DNA from: a virus
DNA length: 64,000 bases
IMG/VR virus record: IMGVR_UViG_3300043811_000226
Direction: 5' to 3' (one strand)
The notes under the pieces are model-generated. The model was not told the origin of the DNA and ran no database searches. It worked only from the letters and a program-made list of their open reading frames with translations. Of the stretch, positions 51,893-61,299 are shown in pieces; position 1 is the stretch's first letter; every line of letters starts with the position of its first letter. Position numbers and translations under genes: made by a program.

Positions 51893-52492
51893 TTACCCGA
51901 GTGGTGTTCCAACCTGGGGTTGCCCGTATTGGTTCACCCCGAACGGCAGCTGGTAGCCGACACCACGAACCGGATGTCCCATGCCATAGACAGGGGTCGT
52001 CGGTTCTTTTGCCATGGCGCGTGTCCCAGCGTGCATTGCCTTGCTCGCTAGGATACCAGTAGCCAGGGTACCTCCGGCAAGAGCCAGGTTCGTTTTCACG
52101 CCGAGCCCTCCGCCGAGCCACTTCTTTCCCTGCGCGAGAAGGTTGCCCGCAGCAGGTACTGCCCCAGTTCCGATGCCACCCATCTTCGCCAGATCGGCGC
52201 CGGCATCGGCGGCAATAGAAGCAAGACGTACCATCGCCTGGTCAGGGATGGGTGTGTAGCGAAGAGCTTCTTCTGCCTGTTGAAGCTTGGCGAGTTCGTA
52301 CTCCCGTAGTGCTTCCTGCTGGAGGGCTTGTTCTTCCCGCGCCTTCTGGTCCCCCTTCTGGTTGCTGTGCGCGAGTTCGGCGTTGGCAAGCCCCGCCATC
52401 AAGCTAGCGAGCAGCGGAACTCCAGCCGTCTTCGCCAGGAAGACGTCCTCGGTTCCGTAGCGCTGCATGAGGGCGGGGTTCGGAGTGTTCAT
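51893..52492 (-). CDS. putative head protein (K-x-A motif, glycine zipper)
   Basis: FLAKTAG; LALAGGTLATGILA. Confidence 0.5.
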   Translation of the reverse strand: MNTPNPALMQRYGTEDVFLAKTAGVPLLASLMAGLANAELAHSNQKGDQKAREEQALQQEALREYELAKLQQAEEALRYTPIPDQAMVRLASIAADAGADLAKMGGIGTGAVPAAGNLLAQGKKWLGGGLGVKTNLALAGGTLATGILASKAMHAGTRAMAKEPTTPVYGMGHPVRGVGYQLPFGVNQYGQPQVGTPLG

Positions 52493-52719
52493 CGCGGATG
52501 AGGCGGAGGCAAGGTCCGGCGGACCAGCGACGTGACGTCGGAGACCTTCTGCGTCGTTGCAGCTTGTACCCGACGGAGTGACTCCATGGCTTCTTGTAGC
52601 TCTGGGTCTACACCGGGGCTGGTCTTCTCCTCCTCCGTCTCTTCCTCCTCATCGTCTTCTACAGGCGGTTTCGGAGCACTCCCTCGAGCTGTCCCATGCT
52701 TCTTTCGATGGCTCTCCAT
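52489..52719 (-). CDS. small acidic hypothetical protein
   Basis: SD AGGAGG; EDDEEEETEEE. Confidence 0.55.
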   Translation of the reverse strand: MESHRKKHGTARGSAPKPPVEDDEEEETEEEKTSPGVDPELQEAMESLRRVQAATTQKVSDVTSLVRRTLPPPHPR

Positions 52720-53105
52720 TGTTCCTCCTGGGACTTCACGAACGCAGCGAAGGCTTCGTTGCGTACGTACCTGCTGCCTCTCTCTTTTAGCCTGTCGATA
52801 TCAGAGCGCATGCTCCGCAGCTGGTCGTTGAACGTCTCGAAGGGGTCGGGTCGGCTTGCACGCTCTTCCTTGCGCGCAGCGAGCAGCTCGGCCTGATGCT
52901 CCTTTTCCTGCTCTTGTTCGGCCTTGTACGCGTCGAACTCGAGTCGCCAGCCCTTCTGCAGAGCATTGAGCGCGACCTTTTGTTCCTTGACGCCCTTCTC
53001 GGCTGTGCTGAGGCGCATCTTGAAGCGCGCGTAGGAGCCAGCGAACGCGAGCACCGCGGTGATGGCAGAGGTCAGCCCGTGTTGCGAGAGAGCGTTCCAG
53101 TCCAA
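52659..53105 (-). CDS. N-terminal TM plus coiled-coil protein (holin or inner-spanin-like)
   Basis: TTG start after GAGGAGG; LTSAITAVLAFAGSY then long heptads. Confidence 0.5.
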   Translation of the reverse strand: MDWNALSQHGLTSAITAVLAFAGSYARFKMRLSTAEKGVKEQKVALNALQKGWRLEFDAYKAEQEQEKEHQAELLAARKEERASRPDPFETFNDQLRSMRSDIDRLKERGSRYVRNEAFAAFVKSQEEQWRAIERSMGQLEGVLRNRL

Positions 53106-53141
53106 GGGGCCTCCTCGCCGTCGGGAGCACCCGAGGCGGCC

Positions 53142-53531
53142 TCATCCTAGCAGCCAGACCCTCACCTGACAGGATGCGGTGAAGGCAATGGAGAGGGAAG
53201 TGGCGCCCGCAGAAGGCGTGGGGTTGATCCACACAAGGAAACCACCCGGCGCGATCTCGAGCGGCTGCGAGCCACTGTTGAGGGTCGCGAGGATAGGGGC
53301 CGCACCCGACTGCCCACTGTCGTAGCGGACCATGACCCCCTTGGCTCCCGGAGCTCCGATGGAACCGAAGGGCACGGCCTGCGTACCCGAACCAACGAGG
53401 TTGAGGACCGACGACTCCAGAGCGATGAAGCTCGAGGAGCCGTTGAACGGGATGGGGTCCTGCGGAAGCGACTGGTCGGCCGCCAGCTGCAGCGCGCCAG
53501 TGAACGAGAAAGGCTGAGGGGCAGGCGGCAT
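53142..53531 (-). CDS. small beta-rich structural protein
   Basis: directly downstream of the tube gene. Confidence 0.55.
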   Translation of the reverse strand: MPPAPQPFSFTGALQLAADQSLPQDPIPFNGSSSFIALESSVLNLVGSGTQAVPFGSIGAPGAKGVMVRYDSGQSGAAPILATLNSGSQPLEIAPGGFLVWINPTPSAGATSLSIAFTASCQVRVWLLG

Positions 53532-53553
53532 CGACTACTCCGTGGGGGTGGGA

Positions 53554-54312
53554 CTAAGACCCGGGGAGGCCAGGGAACGTGGCGTTGCCGCCGCCGGCGT
53601 TGCTCGAGGTCGTGTTCGAGATGAGTGTGAGGGCCGCGACGGCGACAGGCACCGCGCGCTCGAACTGCACCGCCACCGACTCTTGGATGAGAACTCCCTG
53701 AGCGTCGGTCGCCCACGAGTGGTTCGGCAGGTAGCAGGCCTCGAAGTACACCGCCGCGAGGGTGTCGAGGTTGATGTCGCGGATGTACATCAGGATGCCG
53801 ATGGGCTGCGCGAACAAGTCCGACGCCAGGTTGACGTAGATGTTCTCGTAGCCGGGCGGGATGATGACGTCGTGAGGGTTCGCAACGCTCGCCGCGCCGA
53901 CGTTCGGGAACATCGATGGGACGATGGTCGGCGGGATGAGGTCCTGGTAGTAGGCGTACAGGATCCGCAGCAGCGAGGCGCCGTGGTAGTAGATGCGCCC
54001 GAGGCCGAGCTGCCCCACCGTGCGCCCGGCGATGAAGTAGCTGCGCTCCGAGCCGATCTCGAAGATGCGCGAGAACTGCCGCGTGTGCGAGAGGTTGAAG
54101 TTCTGGATGATGCCGATGGGGAAGACGACCTGGTTGGCCGCTTGTCCATTGCCTGCCACCGCCCCCGCAATGGCCGCCGACCCACCGATGTTCGCGAGAC
54201 GGGGAGGCCCCGCCGCCAGCATCGTGAACCCTGCGTTGGCGTAGCGCCCATCGACCAGGCCTGCCTGGACGTAGTTCGAGTACGGCGCCCAATCACTGAA
54301 GTTGCCGGCCAT
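53554..54312 (-). CDS. tail tube protein
   Basis: PIGIIQNFNLSHTRQFSRIFEIGSERSY; follows the sheath gene. Confidence 0.8.
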   Translation of the reverse strand: MAGNFSDWAPYSNYVQAGLVDGRYANAGFTMLAAGPPRLANIGGSAAIAGAVAGNGQAANQVVFPIGIIQNFNLSHTRQFSRIFEIGSERSYFIAGRTVGQLGLGRIYYHGASLLRILYAYYQDLIPPTIVPSMFPNVGAASVANPHDVIIPPGYENIYVNLASDLFAQPIGILMYIRDINLDTLAAVYFEACYLPNHSWATDAQGVLIQESVAVQFERAVPVAVAALTLISNTTSSNAGGGNATFPGLPGS

Positions 54313-54316
54313 GGTC

Positions 54317-54538
54317 TTACTCCCTCACCTTGGAAACGTAGTTTCCGCCGAGGCTCTCGTACACGTTCAGGGTGTCTCCGGTGTTGAACATCGCCGCGAC
54401 TTTGAGCAGCTCGGGGTCTGCACTCGCCGACTTCTGGAGGAGGACCGTGTCGACGGCACTGAGACGAGGAGAACCGAACCGCTCCTCGAGAGCAGCCCGG
54501 CCCACCACATCAGCAGCCAGTTTACGGAGGTCGTCCAT
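54317..54538 (-). CDS. small K-x-A motif protein
   Basis: TAATG coupling to the sheath stop; DLRKLAA, QKSAS, LKVAA. Confidence 0.6.
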   Translation of the reverse strand: MDDLRKLAADVVGRAALEERFGSPRLSAVDTVLLQKSASADPELLKVAAMFNTGDTLNVYESLGGNYVSKVRE

Positions 54539-57500
54539 TAGATGGTCAGCGTCAGCCGGATGTAGTTGCAGGGGAAGGGCACGTCGAGGGTGACGTCGAT
54601 GAGCACCGTGTCCGGCGCCGACACGTCCTGGATGATGTTGTTCAGGTTCGACCCGATGAGGACTCCTGCCTCGGCGAGGAACCCGAGCAGTCCGTGGATG
54701 ACGTGGCCGAGCGAGTCGAGGAAGCCCTGGGTGATGTTGAAGCGCCCGATGAAGGTCTTCAGGCCCGTACGCAGGAACTTCGCGCAGAAGTCGACGACCT
54801 TCGTGATCGAGTCGGTCCTCGTCTCGATGGACGTCATGTCCGTCGTGAGGGCCATCCGGCTGATGAGAGGCGTCGCCGGCGCGTCCTGGACGATGACGTA
54901 GTTGCCGCCAGCCGCCATCACGTTGAGCTGCGGCTCGCTGAAGACACCGTTCGACCCGATGACGCGCGTGAAGCCCGTCATGGGGAAGTTGGTGAACGAC
55001 TGCTGCGGTGGCTGGTTGGCGATCAACCCCACAATGGCCGAGTTCAAGTAGAACCCGTCGATGACCTGCTCGACTCCTTGCAGCGTCGCGGCGCAAGTGT
55101 CCGGGAAGGTCGACCACACACGGCGGTCCTGGTAGCCCTGTGCCACCTTCTGGACCGTGATGGCGATGTTGTCGCGGTCGGGGGTCACACCGTCAGGCAG
55201 GACCAAGGCCTTGCCGCGGATGCGCACAGCGAAGGGCTCGGCGATGAGCGGCGAGGGCAGCGCCGACGTCGCGTAGTACCCGTCGTCGTTCTGACCAGGC
55301 AAGAAGCCCGAGGTCTGCACCGTGACGACCGACCCGACGACGTTGATGATGCTGTAGTGGTTGCCGTCACCGATATCGAGGAAGATGCCTGCCGTCACGG
55401 CGTAGGGGCCGACGCCACTCTCGCCGTTGGCCAGAAGAAGCGCGCCGAGGTTGGCGACGCCCGTGTCGAACACGTTCGTCGTGATGGTCGAGTTGCCGTT
55501 GATGCCCGACGCCACCAGCGTGTCGAGGTAGTGCGTCGGCACCGAGGGGTTGATGAGCACGATGCGCTCGCCCTTGTTCTCGGGAGCGCTCATCGTGTCG
55601 ACGTGCGTCTGGAAGACCTGCGAGACGGACGGGTCGTGTGTCAGCGGCGCGATGCCGTAGACCTCGAAGGCCTCGAGGAACGACGCCGCGCGTGTGAAGC
55701 CGGCCACCGTGCCGAAAGGAGAACCACCGCTCGACTCGTCGACACCCAGACCCGTGACCTGCGTGTTCGGGGCGTTGAGCAGCGCGAAGTAGATGCCCAG
55801 AGCGAGCGGGTTGTCCGTATCGACCGGGGAGAGTTGTGCACTGAGCGTCGCCGTGTCGCTGAAGCGCAGCAGTCCGGGGCTCGCCGCCTTCGACGTCACG
55901 TCGAGTCGCAGCGCGTGGTAGGCCACGTAGATCTGGGCGTTCGAGGGGAGGACAGGAGTGCCTTGCGTATTGCGCAGGATCTCCGGCAGGGTCTTGATGT
56001 TGCCCGAGCTGTCGACGTCCAGGTTCGGGAACGGCCGAGTGACGCCCGCCGACGGGGCGTCGGCGTTCAGGTTCTCCGCCATGATGTACCAAGCCAGCCC
56101 GACGTTGGTCGAGATGGGGACCTGGCGGTTGATCTTCAGCTGGTTCGTGTTGCCGCCCGGCGCGACCTGCACGATGGTCGCGAAGTTCACGCCGTCGACC
56201 CAGAGGACGTCTCCAGGAAGTGGCGCGAAGGGGTTGCCACGCGACACGGTGCCCGCCGTCAGACCAAGCGTCGGGCAGGCGGTGCCACCGACTACCTTCA
56301 CGATGGACTGCTGGCCGAGTGTCGTGTTGGTGAGCGCAAGGTCGGAGCCCGAGAGGCTGGCCAGAAGAAGTCCGCCCGCCACAGCTCCGAAGAGGGCGTT
56401 GATCTGTGCAAGCACCAAGGACGGCGTCGTTGCGCTTTCGAAGGTGACCGTCTGGGGCTCGTTGCCGTCGTCGAGGGTGAGCGTCTGCCCGTTGGGCACA
56501 CCACCGCCAGGAACAGCGATGGTTCCGACGATCTGCGCCGAGGTAGGCGAGGCCGTGAAGTTCGCCCCCTGGAACTGCAGGAGTGGCGTCGTCGCCGCGC
56601 CACTCCCGCTGTCGATGGCAACCACGCCGGCGATGCCCGTCGTCGTGCCAGGCGCGACGCCGAGGTGCGCGTTGGCCGTGCCAGCACCCACCAGGATGCT
56701 TCCCGTTGCACCGACGGTGAGGTCGGTAATCTGCAGGTGGTTGCCCACCGACGTGGAGATGGCCGTGGCAACGGCTGCCACGACCGCGGTGACCTGTGCC
56801 ACCGTCGCTGCCATGGTGAGCGCGGGAGCGAAGGTCACGGTGAGCGGCGAGGCCGCGCCGTTGAAGGTGAGGATGAGCGTCTCACCGTCCAGCGTACCGG
56901 CCGTGCCGTTGTACGTGGTCGCCGTCAGGCCGAGCGCAGTGTTGGCCGTTCCCGAGCCCACAACAATGCTGCCACTGGCTCCGATGGTGTTGTCGGTGAG
57001 CACCAGGTGCGTCGCGACCACCGTGGCCGTGAGCGTCGGCCACTGGGTGTTGATGGCCGCGAGCATCGCGGCTTCGCTCGCGTCGTTGGTGAGCCCAGCG
57101 CCGTCGAAGGTCAGCGTCGTCGAACCTGCCCCGTTGACGTTGAGGATCAGGGTGAGCCCCGTCCCGCCACCGGCGAGCGTACCGCCCGCACCGTAGAGTC
57201 CAGAAGCGGTGACGTCAGTCGTACCCGTATGATTCGCCGGCGTCGCGTACGTCAGCGTCGTCATGTCGACGCTGCCCGTCACCGTCGCAGCCGTGCCGAT
57301 GCCATTCTCGAGGAAAGCCTCCGTCTGCAGCAGCTCCATCAGCGCGCTGCCCTGGCCTCCGAGGAACAAGAACGCGCGCACGGTCGTCGGATCGACGACG
57401 AGCTGCGAGAGGTTGTTGTTCGGGTTGGGGTAGCTCGCGAACGAGATGTTCGTGATGTGCTGGTCGTAGCCGACGGACCCCGAGTAGACCTTGTTCACGC

Positions 57501-57996
57501 CGAACCCGAATGCCGCAAGAACTGCGGGCGCCGTGGTGGACAGAACTTCGATGGTCTGCAGGGCGTTGGCTGCGACGGAACGGATGCGCCACTGCGTCCC
57601 GCTGTTCACCGTCTCAGCCGTAAACGACGTCACGCCTGCCGCAGCGAAGGCGAGCAGAACTTGCGCGACGATCTGCGCGGGCGACAGCGGCGTGCCGGAG
57701 AAGTCGATGCTGACGGCGGGCCCGTTGTTCAACGAGAGGTCGAGGTTCAGCGCGTTGAGCCCCGCGTAAACCGGAGGCGAACCCGTGCCCGCGATCGACA
57801 GCGCGATGGCCTGCAGGGCCACAAGAGCCTGAGGGTTGAGGGTTTGCGCACCCGTCGCAGAAGCCACCAGTACGTCGACCACCTGCCGGCAGACGCCAAC
57901 GATGCAGGGAACGAGAGTCGGGGTGATGACGGTCGGGGTGACCGTCTGGAACACCTGAATTACTTCGACTCCCGGTCGCGGAAGTTCGGCCGCCAT
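54538..57996 (-). CDS. tail sheath protein with four inserted repeat modules
   Basis: N-terminal LPRPGVEVIQ; C-terminal SITKVVDFCAKFLR...VTLDVPFPCNYIRLTL; 1152 aa. Confidence 0.88.
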   Translation of the reverse strand: MAAELPRPGVEVIQVFQTVTPTVITPTLVPCIVGVCRQVVDVLVASATGAQTLNPQALVALQAIALSIAGTGSPPVYAGLNALNLDLSLNNGPAVSIDFSGTPLSPAQIVAQVLLAFAAAGVTSFTAETVNSGTQWRIRSVAANALQTIEVLSTTAPAVLAAFGFGVNKVYSGSVGYDQHITNISFASYPNPNNNLSQLVVDPTTVRAFLFLGGQGSALMELLQTEAFLENGIGTAATVTGSVDMTTLTYATPANHTGTTDVTASGLYGAGGTLAGGGTGLTLILNVNGAGSTTLTFDGAGLTNDASEAAMLAAINTQWPTLTATVVATHLVLTDNTIGASGSIVVGSGTANTALGLTATTYNGTAGTLDGETLILTFNGAASPLTVTFAPALTMAATVAQVTAVVAAVATAISTSVGNHLQITDLTVGATGSILVGAGTANAHLGVAPGTTTGIAGVVAIDSGSGAATTPLLQFQGANFTASPTSAQIVGTIAVPGGGVPNGQTLTLDDGNEPQTVTFESATTPSLVLAQINALFGAVAGGLLLASLSGSDLALTNTTLGQQSIVKVVGGTACPTLGLTAGTVSRGNPFAPLPGDVLWVDGVNFATIVQVAPGGNTNQLKINRQVPISTNVGLAWYIMAENLNADAPSAGVTRPFPNLDVDSSGNIKTLPEILRNTQGTPVLPSNAQIYVAYHALRLDVTSKAASPGLLRFSDTATLSAQLSPVDTDNPLALGIYFALLNAPNTQVTGLGVDESSGGSPFGTVAGFTRAASFLEAFEVYGIAPLTHDPSVSQVFQTHVDTMSAPENKGERIVLINPSVPTHYLDTLVASGINGNSTITTNVFDTGVANLGALLLANGESGVGPYAVTAGIFLDIGDGNHYSIINVVGSVVTVQTSGFLPGQNDDGYYATSALPSPLIAEPFAVRIRGKALVLPDGVTPDRDNIAITVQKVAQGYQDRRVWSTFPDTCAATLQGVEQVIDGFYLNSAIVGLIANQPPQQSFTNFPMTGFTRVIGSNGVFSEPQLNVMAAGGNYVIVQDAPATPLISRMALTTDMTSIETRTDSITKVVDFCAKFLRTGLKTFIGRFNITQGFLDSLGHVIHGLLGFLAEAGVLIGSNLNNIIQDVSAPDTVLIDVTLDVPFPCNYIRLTLTI

Positions 57997-58011
57997 CAGA
58001 GGCTCCTTTCG

Positions 58012-59004
58012 TCACACTTTGACTGTGCTCGTCCCAGTGCCATTCGCATCGTGTCTCTCACACGATTCTTCCACACTGGGCGCTGCTATGGGAATAGACC
58101 GACCCCCCATCCCCGGTGGTCGCACGGCCGGACAGTTCGGTCTGGAGGCTCGAACTACAACACGCTGAGCGGGGTTCAGTGGGTGCGGCGCGGTGAGAAG
58201 AACAGGGGCAGTTGCCCCCGGTACAGGCGTATTGCCGTACACGTCACTCGCAAGAGGTGCGAAAGCTGGAGGTCTGTACCCCTGCACGCCCACGGGCAGG
58301 TTTGCGCCCGCAGCTTCGATGGGTCCACAGTGTCCACCAACGCGCAAGTTCTGCTCGTTGATGGCCCGAAGCTTCAATCGAATTGACAGCGTGATCTCCT
58401 CGAGGATGTTCTTGCCGAGAGGACTTGCCTGCGACGTCCGATAGAATTGAAAGGGGCAAGTGACCGGCGTGACGTACCACTCGTCGCCGGAATCCGCGAC
58501 GATGATGGAACCTGCAGGAGAAGGAGAACCGATGGCAGGCTGTCGGCCAATCTCAAAGAACCCCGCCTGCATGAGCTGCTCTCTGTGCATCCAGAGTTGT
58601 TCGGCGCACACCCAAGCGATGCGTTCGCACTCGAGTGACACGCGCGAGCTGCAATTGATGACCATCGTTCCAGGCACAAGAACGGACTTCTTCTTCGTGC
58701 CAGTCCGCATGTCGAAGTCGAGCATGTCGTCGAGGCCGAGTGAATAGAACTGCACCGGGCCACGCGTAAAACTGACCGCAGGTCGCTGCCCGATATTCTC
58801 GGCGTGAATCGGGTTCTCGTTGGAGATGTAGATCTCCGTCGAGTTCGAGTCTTCCTCCCAGTGGTAGGCACCAATCGGCGCAGCGGAGAAGAGACCCTGG
58901 AAGAAGCCTACAAATAGAGAGCGAGCGTGCTCGAGGGGCGAGTACTTGAAGCTGTCCTCAGGGAAGGCGCCCGCCGGGTTTGTTGTCGGAACCTTCGAGG
59001 GCAT
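58012..59004 (-). CDS. tail terminator/completion-like protein
   Basis: ATG 59004 after GGAGG; RPAVSFTRGP, GTMVINCSSR; between neck and sheath genes. Confidence 0.55.
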   Translation of the reverse strand: MPSKVPTTNPAGAFPEDSFKYSPLEHARSLFVGFFQGLFSAAPIGAYHWEEDSNSTEIYISNENPIHAENIGQRPAVSFTRGPVQFYSLGLDDMLDFDMRTGTKKKSVLVPGTMVINCSSRVSLECERIAWVCAEQLWMHREQLMQAGFFEIGRQPAIGSPSPAGSIIVADSGDEWYVTPVTCPFQFYRTSQASPLGKNILEEITLSIRLKLRAINEQNLRVGGHCGPIEAAGANLPVGVQGYRPPAFAPLASDVYGNTPVPGATAPVLLTAPHPLNPAQRVVVRASRPNCPAVRPPGMGGRSIPIAAPSVEESCERHDANGTGTSTVKV

Positions 59005-59308
59005 TTCGCATCGCCTCCACCTGACGGGCCTGAGCCATATTGTACGCCAGCCCCAGACCCCCACCAAGCATGGGTAGGGCAGCAAGCGTGAGTGCAGGAG
59101 GGATGTCACTCCCCGTGACGTGGCGGTAGGCCTTGTTCGCGAGCTGCCCTGCACCGAAGCCCGCGAGCGTTCCAACCCCCATACCGACAGGAGCTGCCAG
59201 AAGAGTACCTGCCGCACGCAGATTCTTCTTCGCCTCGCCCTCGGCCATCTTGCAGAGTGCCTCGGCTTCTTTGCGCGGCAGGTAAGCGAACAGAGTGGGC
59301 GTGCTCAT
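58958..59308 (-). CDS. small glycine-zipper protein
   Basis: GMGVGTLAGFGAG; LGGGLGLA. Confidence 0.55.
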   Translation of the reverse strand: MSTPTLFAYLPRKEAEALCKMAEGEAKKNLRAAGTLLAAPVGMGVGTLAGFGAGQLANKAYRHVTGSDIPPALTLAALPMLGGGLGLAYNMAQARQVEAMRNALEGSDNKPGGRLP

Positions 59309-60204
59309 TGCTTGGAGTAGGTGGAGGTGTAGAGGCTGAAGATGCTGGGAATCTCCGAGTCCATGAAGGACTCGAGGTTCATCGGGTTGGTGTAGTTCCT
59401 CGACGGGTTCAGCCAGAGGGTCTTGAGCGGCTGGTCGAGATTGATCGGTACGAGGAACTCGATGTCCTTGGGTGGTACTTCGTGCAGTTGTACTTCCTGA
59501 TGCACCACCGCACGCCCTTGCTCGGTCTGGTTGACCTGCACGACACGCCAGCGCCGGTTCTCCGGTTCTACGACGAGATCACGAGGCTTTAGTGGCGGGT
59601 ACCAGACAAGTCGAGCTGTCGTATTCGACTGCTGCTGCGCGCCGACATTGGTGTTCTGCTCGCTCTTGGCCGACGGGTCGAACTGCATCCACGACTCGAT
59701 GGGGGACAAGTAGCCTCGCACGAAGCTCGTGTCGAAGCAGAGCCGGCAGCCCGATTGACGCTTCGTGCGCAACACCGGGTTCCAGCAAGTACAGCGCTGA
59801 CCAAACGTGCGCGCAGGCAGTACCCAGCACCGGCGTCCAGCGAACTCCCGAAAGAGAAGCTGCATGTGTCGCCGGAGCTCAAGGGCGATGAGGTCAGCGT
59901 CAGGGTCTTTGGTGACAGGACCGAAGGTCGCTGTGTCCCCTGTCGGAACACGTGTGATGAGCAGCTGGTAGAAGTACTTGCGCCAGCGGTGCCCTCCCAC
60001 GAGTACGTTGTCGACGAACGTGTAGATGTCCTGGAAGGGTACCGAAACGTTCTCGAACGGGCCGCTCGGTGACTCACTGCGCTGCACCTGGAAGGTGTAG
60101 TCGAGGACGTCCTCGCTCGTGTCATCGAGCTTCCACGACAGCTCGTTGTAATCGACGTCTAGAGAGCGACATCGAAACTCGATGACGTTGAGCGGGACGC
60201 CCAC
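59305..60204 (-). CDS. neck/head-completion protein with Zn finger
   Basis: FN3-like start (ELSWKL...FQVQRSESPSGPF); GQRCTCW...CRLCFDTSFVRGY. Confidence 0.65.
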   Translation of the reverse strand: MGVPLNVIEFRCRSLDVDYNELSWKLDDTSEDVLDYTFQVQRSESPSGPFENVSVPFQDIYTFVDNVLVGGHRWRKYFYQLLITRVPTGDTATFGPVTKDPDADLIALELRRHMQLLFREFAGRRCWVLPARTFGQRCTCWNPVLRTKRQSGCRLCFDTSFVRGYLSPIESWMQFDPSAKSEQNTNVGAQQQSNTTARLVWYPPLKPRDLVVEPENRRWRVVQVNQTEQGRAVVHQEVQLHEVPPKDIEFLVPINLDQPLKTLWLNPSRNYTNPMNLESFMDSEIPSIFSLYTSTYSKQ

Positions 60205-60213
60205 AGCTTCTTC

Positions 60214-61299
60214 TTACGCCGCCCGCAGGCGCCCGAGCATCCCGGTCGGCCGCGTGAAGTCGCCGACGTTGGGGGGCATCATGGGAGAACCTGTGGGCAA
60301 TCGACTTCCGAGGACGGAGGGGTCGGCCATTCCACCCGGTGAGGGTCGGCGGGCACCGGGGGCGCCTCCCCCCATGAGAGTGCCTCCATACCCCTTGGCA
60401 GCTTGTCCCAGGGACTGGCCGCCCATCACACGTCCACCGATGCCGCCCGCAGCGTGCCCGAGCGCGGCGCCGCCGAGGGCCCCACTGAGACGGTGCCCTT
60501 CGCCCCCAGCAAGCGCTCCACCGGCCGCACCGAGCGCGGCGCCGGCCATCGCAGGGTTCTTCGCAGCAAAGCCGAGTGCCTTCTGAGCAAGTGGCGCCGC
60601 AGATGCCAGCATCCCCCCAAGACCCGCGGCCTGTTTGGCCATCACCGCACCGGCGTGCCCGCCGTACATACGCAGCAGCTCGACGTGCGCCGCCTTGTCG
60701 AAATCCTGCCGCGCGAGCTCGCGCCCAAGGTTGTCGGCGAAGGCGATCTTCTCCTGTGGAGTCCCGCTGAGCACGGCCGCGGCCGATTTGGCGACACCGC
60801 CCCCGAGACCCTGGCTGTCGTCCTGCACACCCTCCGCAGGCACCGGCCCGGGAGCCCCGGCTCCTTGCGCAGGAGTGTCTGCGGTCGCGCCGAGCTCCGC
60901 CTTGAACTTCTCCAGCTCGAGCAGGCGCTTCTTCATGCGGATCTGGTCCTTCATGTCGTAGAAGTTGTCGTCGAGCTTGTTCTGCTGACGGCGCTCCTGG
61001 CGCTTCTGTATGTCGGTCATCTCGGCCTGCAGCTCCTCCTGCTCGAGGGCGATGGCTTGGTCGAGAAACGGCGTGCCCTTGAACTGGTCGAGCCAGGTCT
61101 TGGGAGTGCCGTCGGACTTGCATTCGTCCATGTACGCCGCCTTCTCGAGGTGCGGCCAGAGGCGCGCGACGGGCGTGCCATCGGCCAGCTTGCGCAGCTC
61201 CTCGGCCGGCAGCTTCTCGAGCAGGGACATGACCTCGACCGTGCTCTCCTTGCGGAGCTGCTCCTCGTAGGCGACCTTCAGAAATTCGTTCAGCATCAC
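60214..61299 (-). CDS. putative head protein (multiple K-x-A, glycine zipper)
   Basis: LKVAY, EKAAY, KSAAA, EKIAF, DKAAH, KQAAG; GAALGAAGGALAGG. Confidence 0.55.
   Translation of the reverse strand: MMLNEFLKVAYEEQLRKESTVEVMSLLEKLPAEELRKLADGTPVARLWPHLEKAAYMDECKSDGTPKTWLDQFKGTPFLDQAIALEQEELQAEMTDIQKRQERRQQNKLDDNFYDMKDQIRMKKRLLELEKFKAELGATADTPAQGAGAPGPVPAEGVQDDSQGLGGGVAKSAAAVLSGTPQEKIAFADNLGRELARQDFDKAAHVELLRMYGGHAGAVMAKQAAGLGGMLASAAPLAQKALGFAAKNPAMAGAALGAAGGALAGGEGHRLSGALGGAALGHAAGGIGGRVMGGQSLGQAAKGYGGTLMGGGAPGARRPSPGGMADPSVLGSRLPTGSPMMPPNVGDFTRPTGMLGRLRAA

Noticed and set aside
54694-58386. 1230-aa plus-strand ORF, and similar long ORFs at 61311..62987, 60122..61429, 50863..51870, 20893..21963, 1825..3048 and 3393..4937
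   Set aside because: These are antisense or alternate-frame shadows of real genes. High GC3 bias suppresses stops, and the translations are R/G/V-rich with no motifs or RBS.
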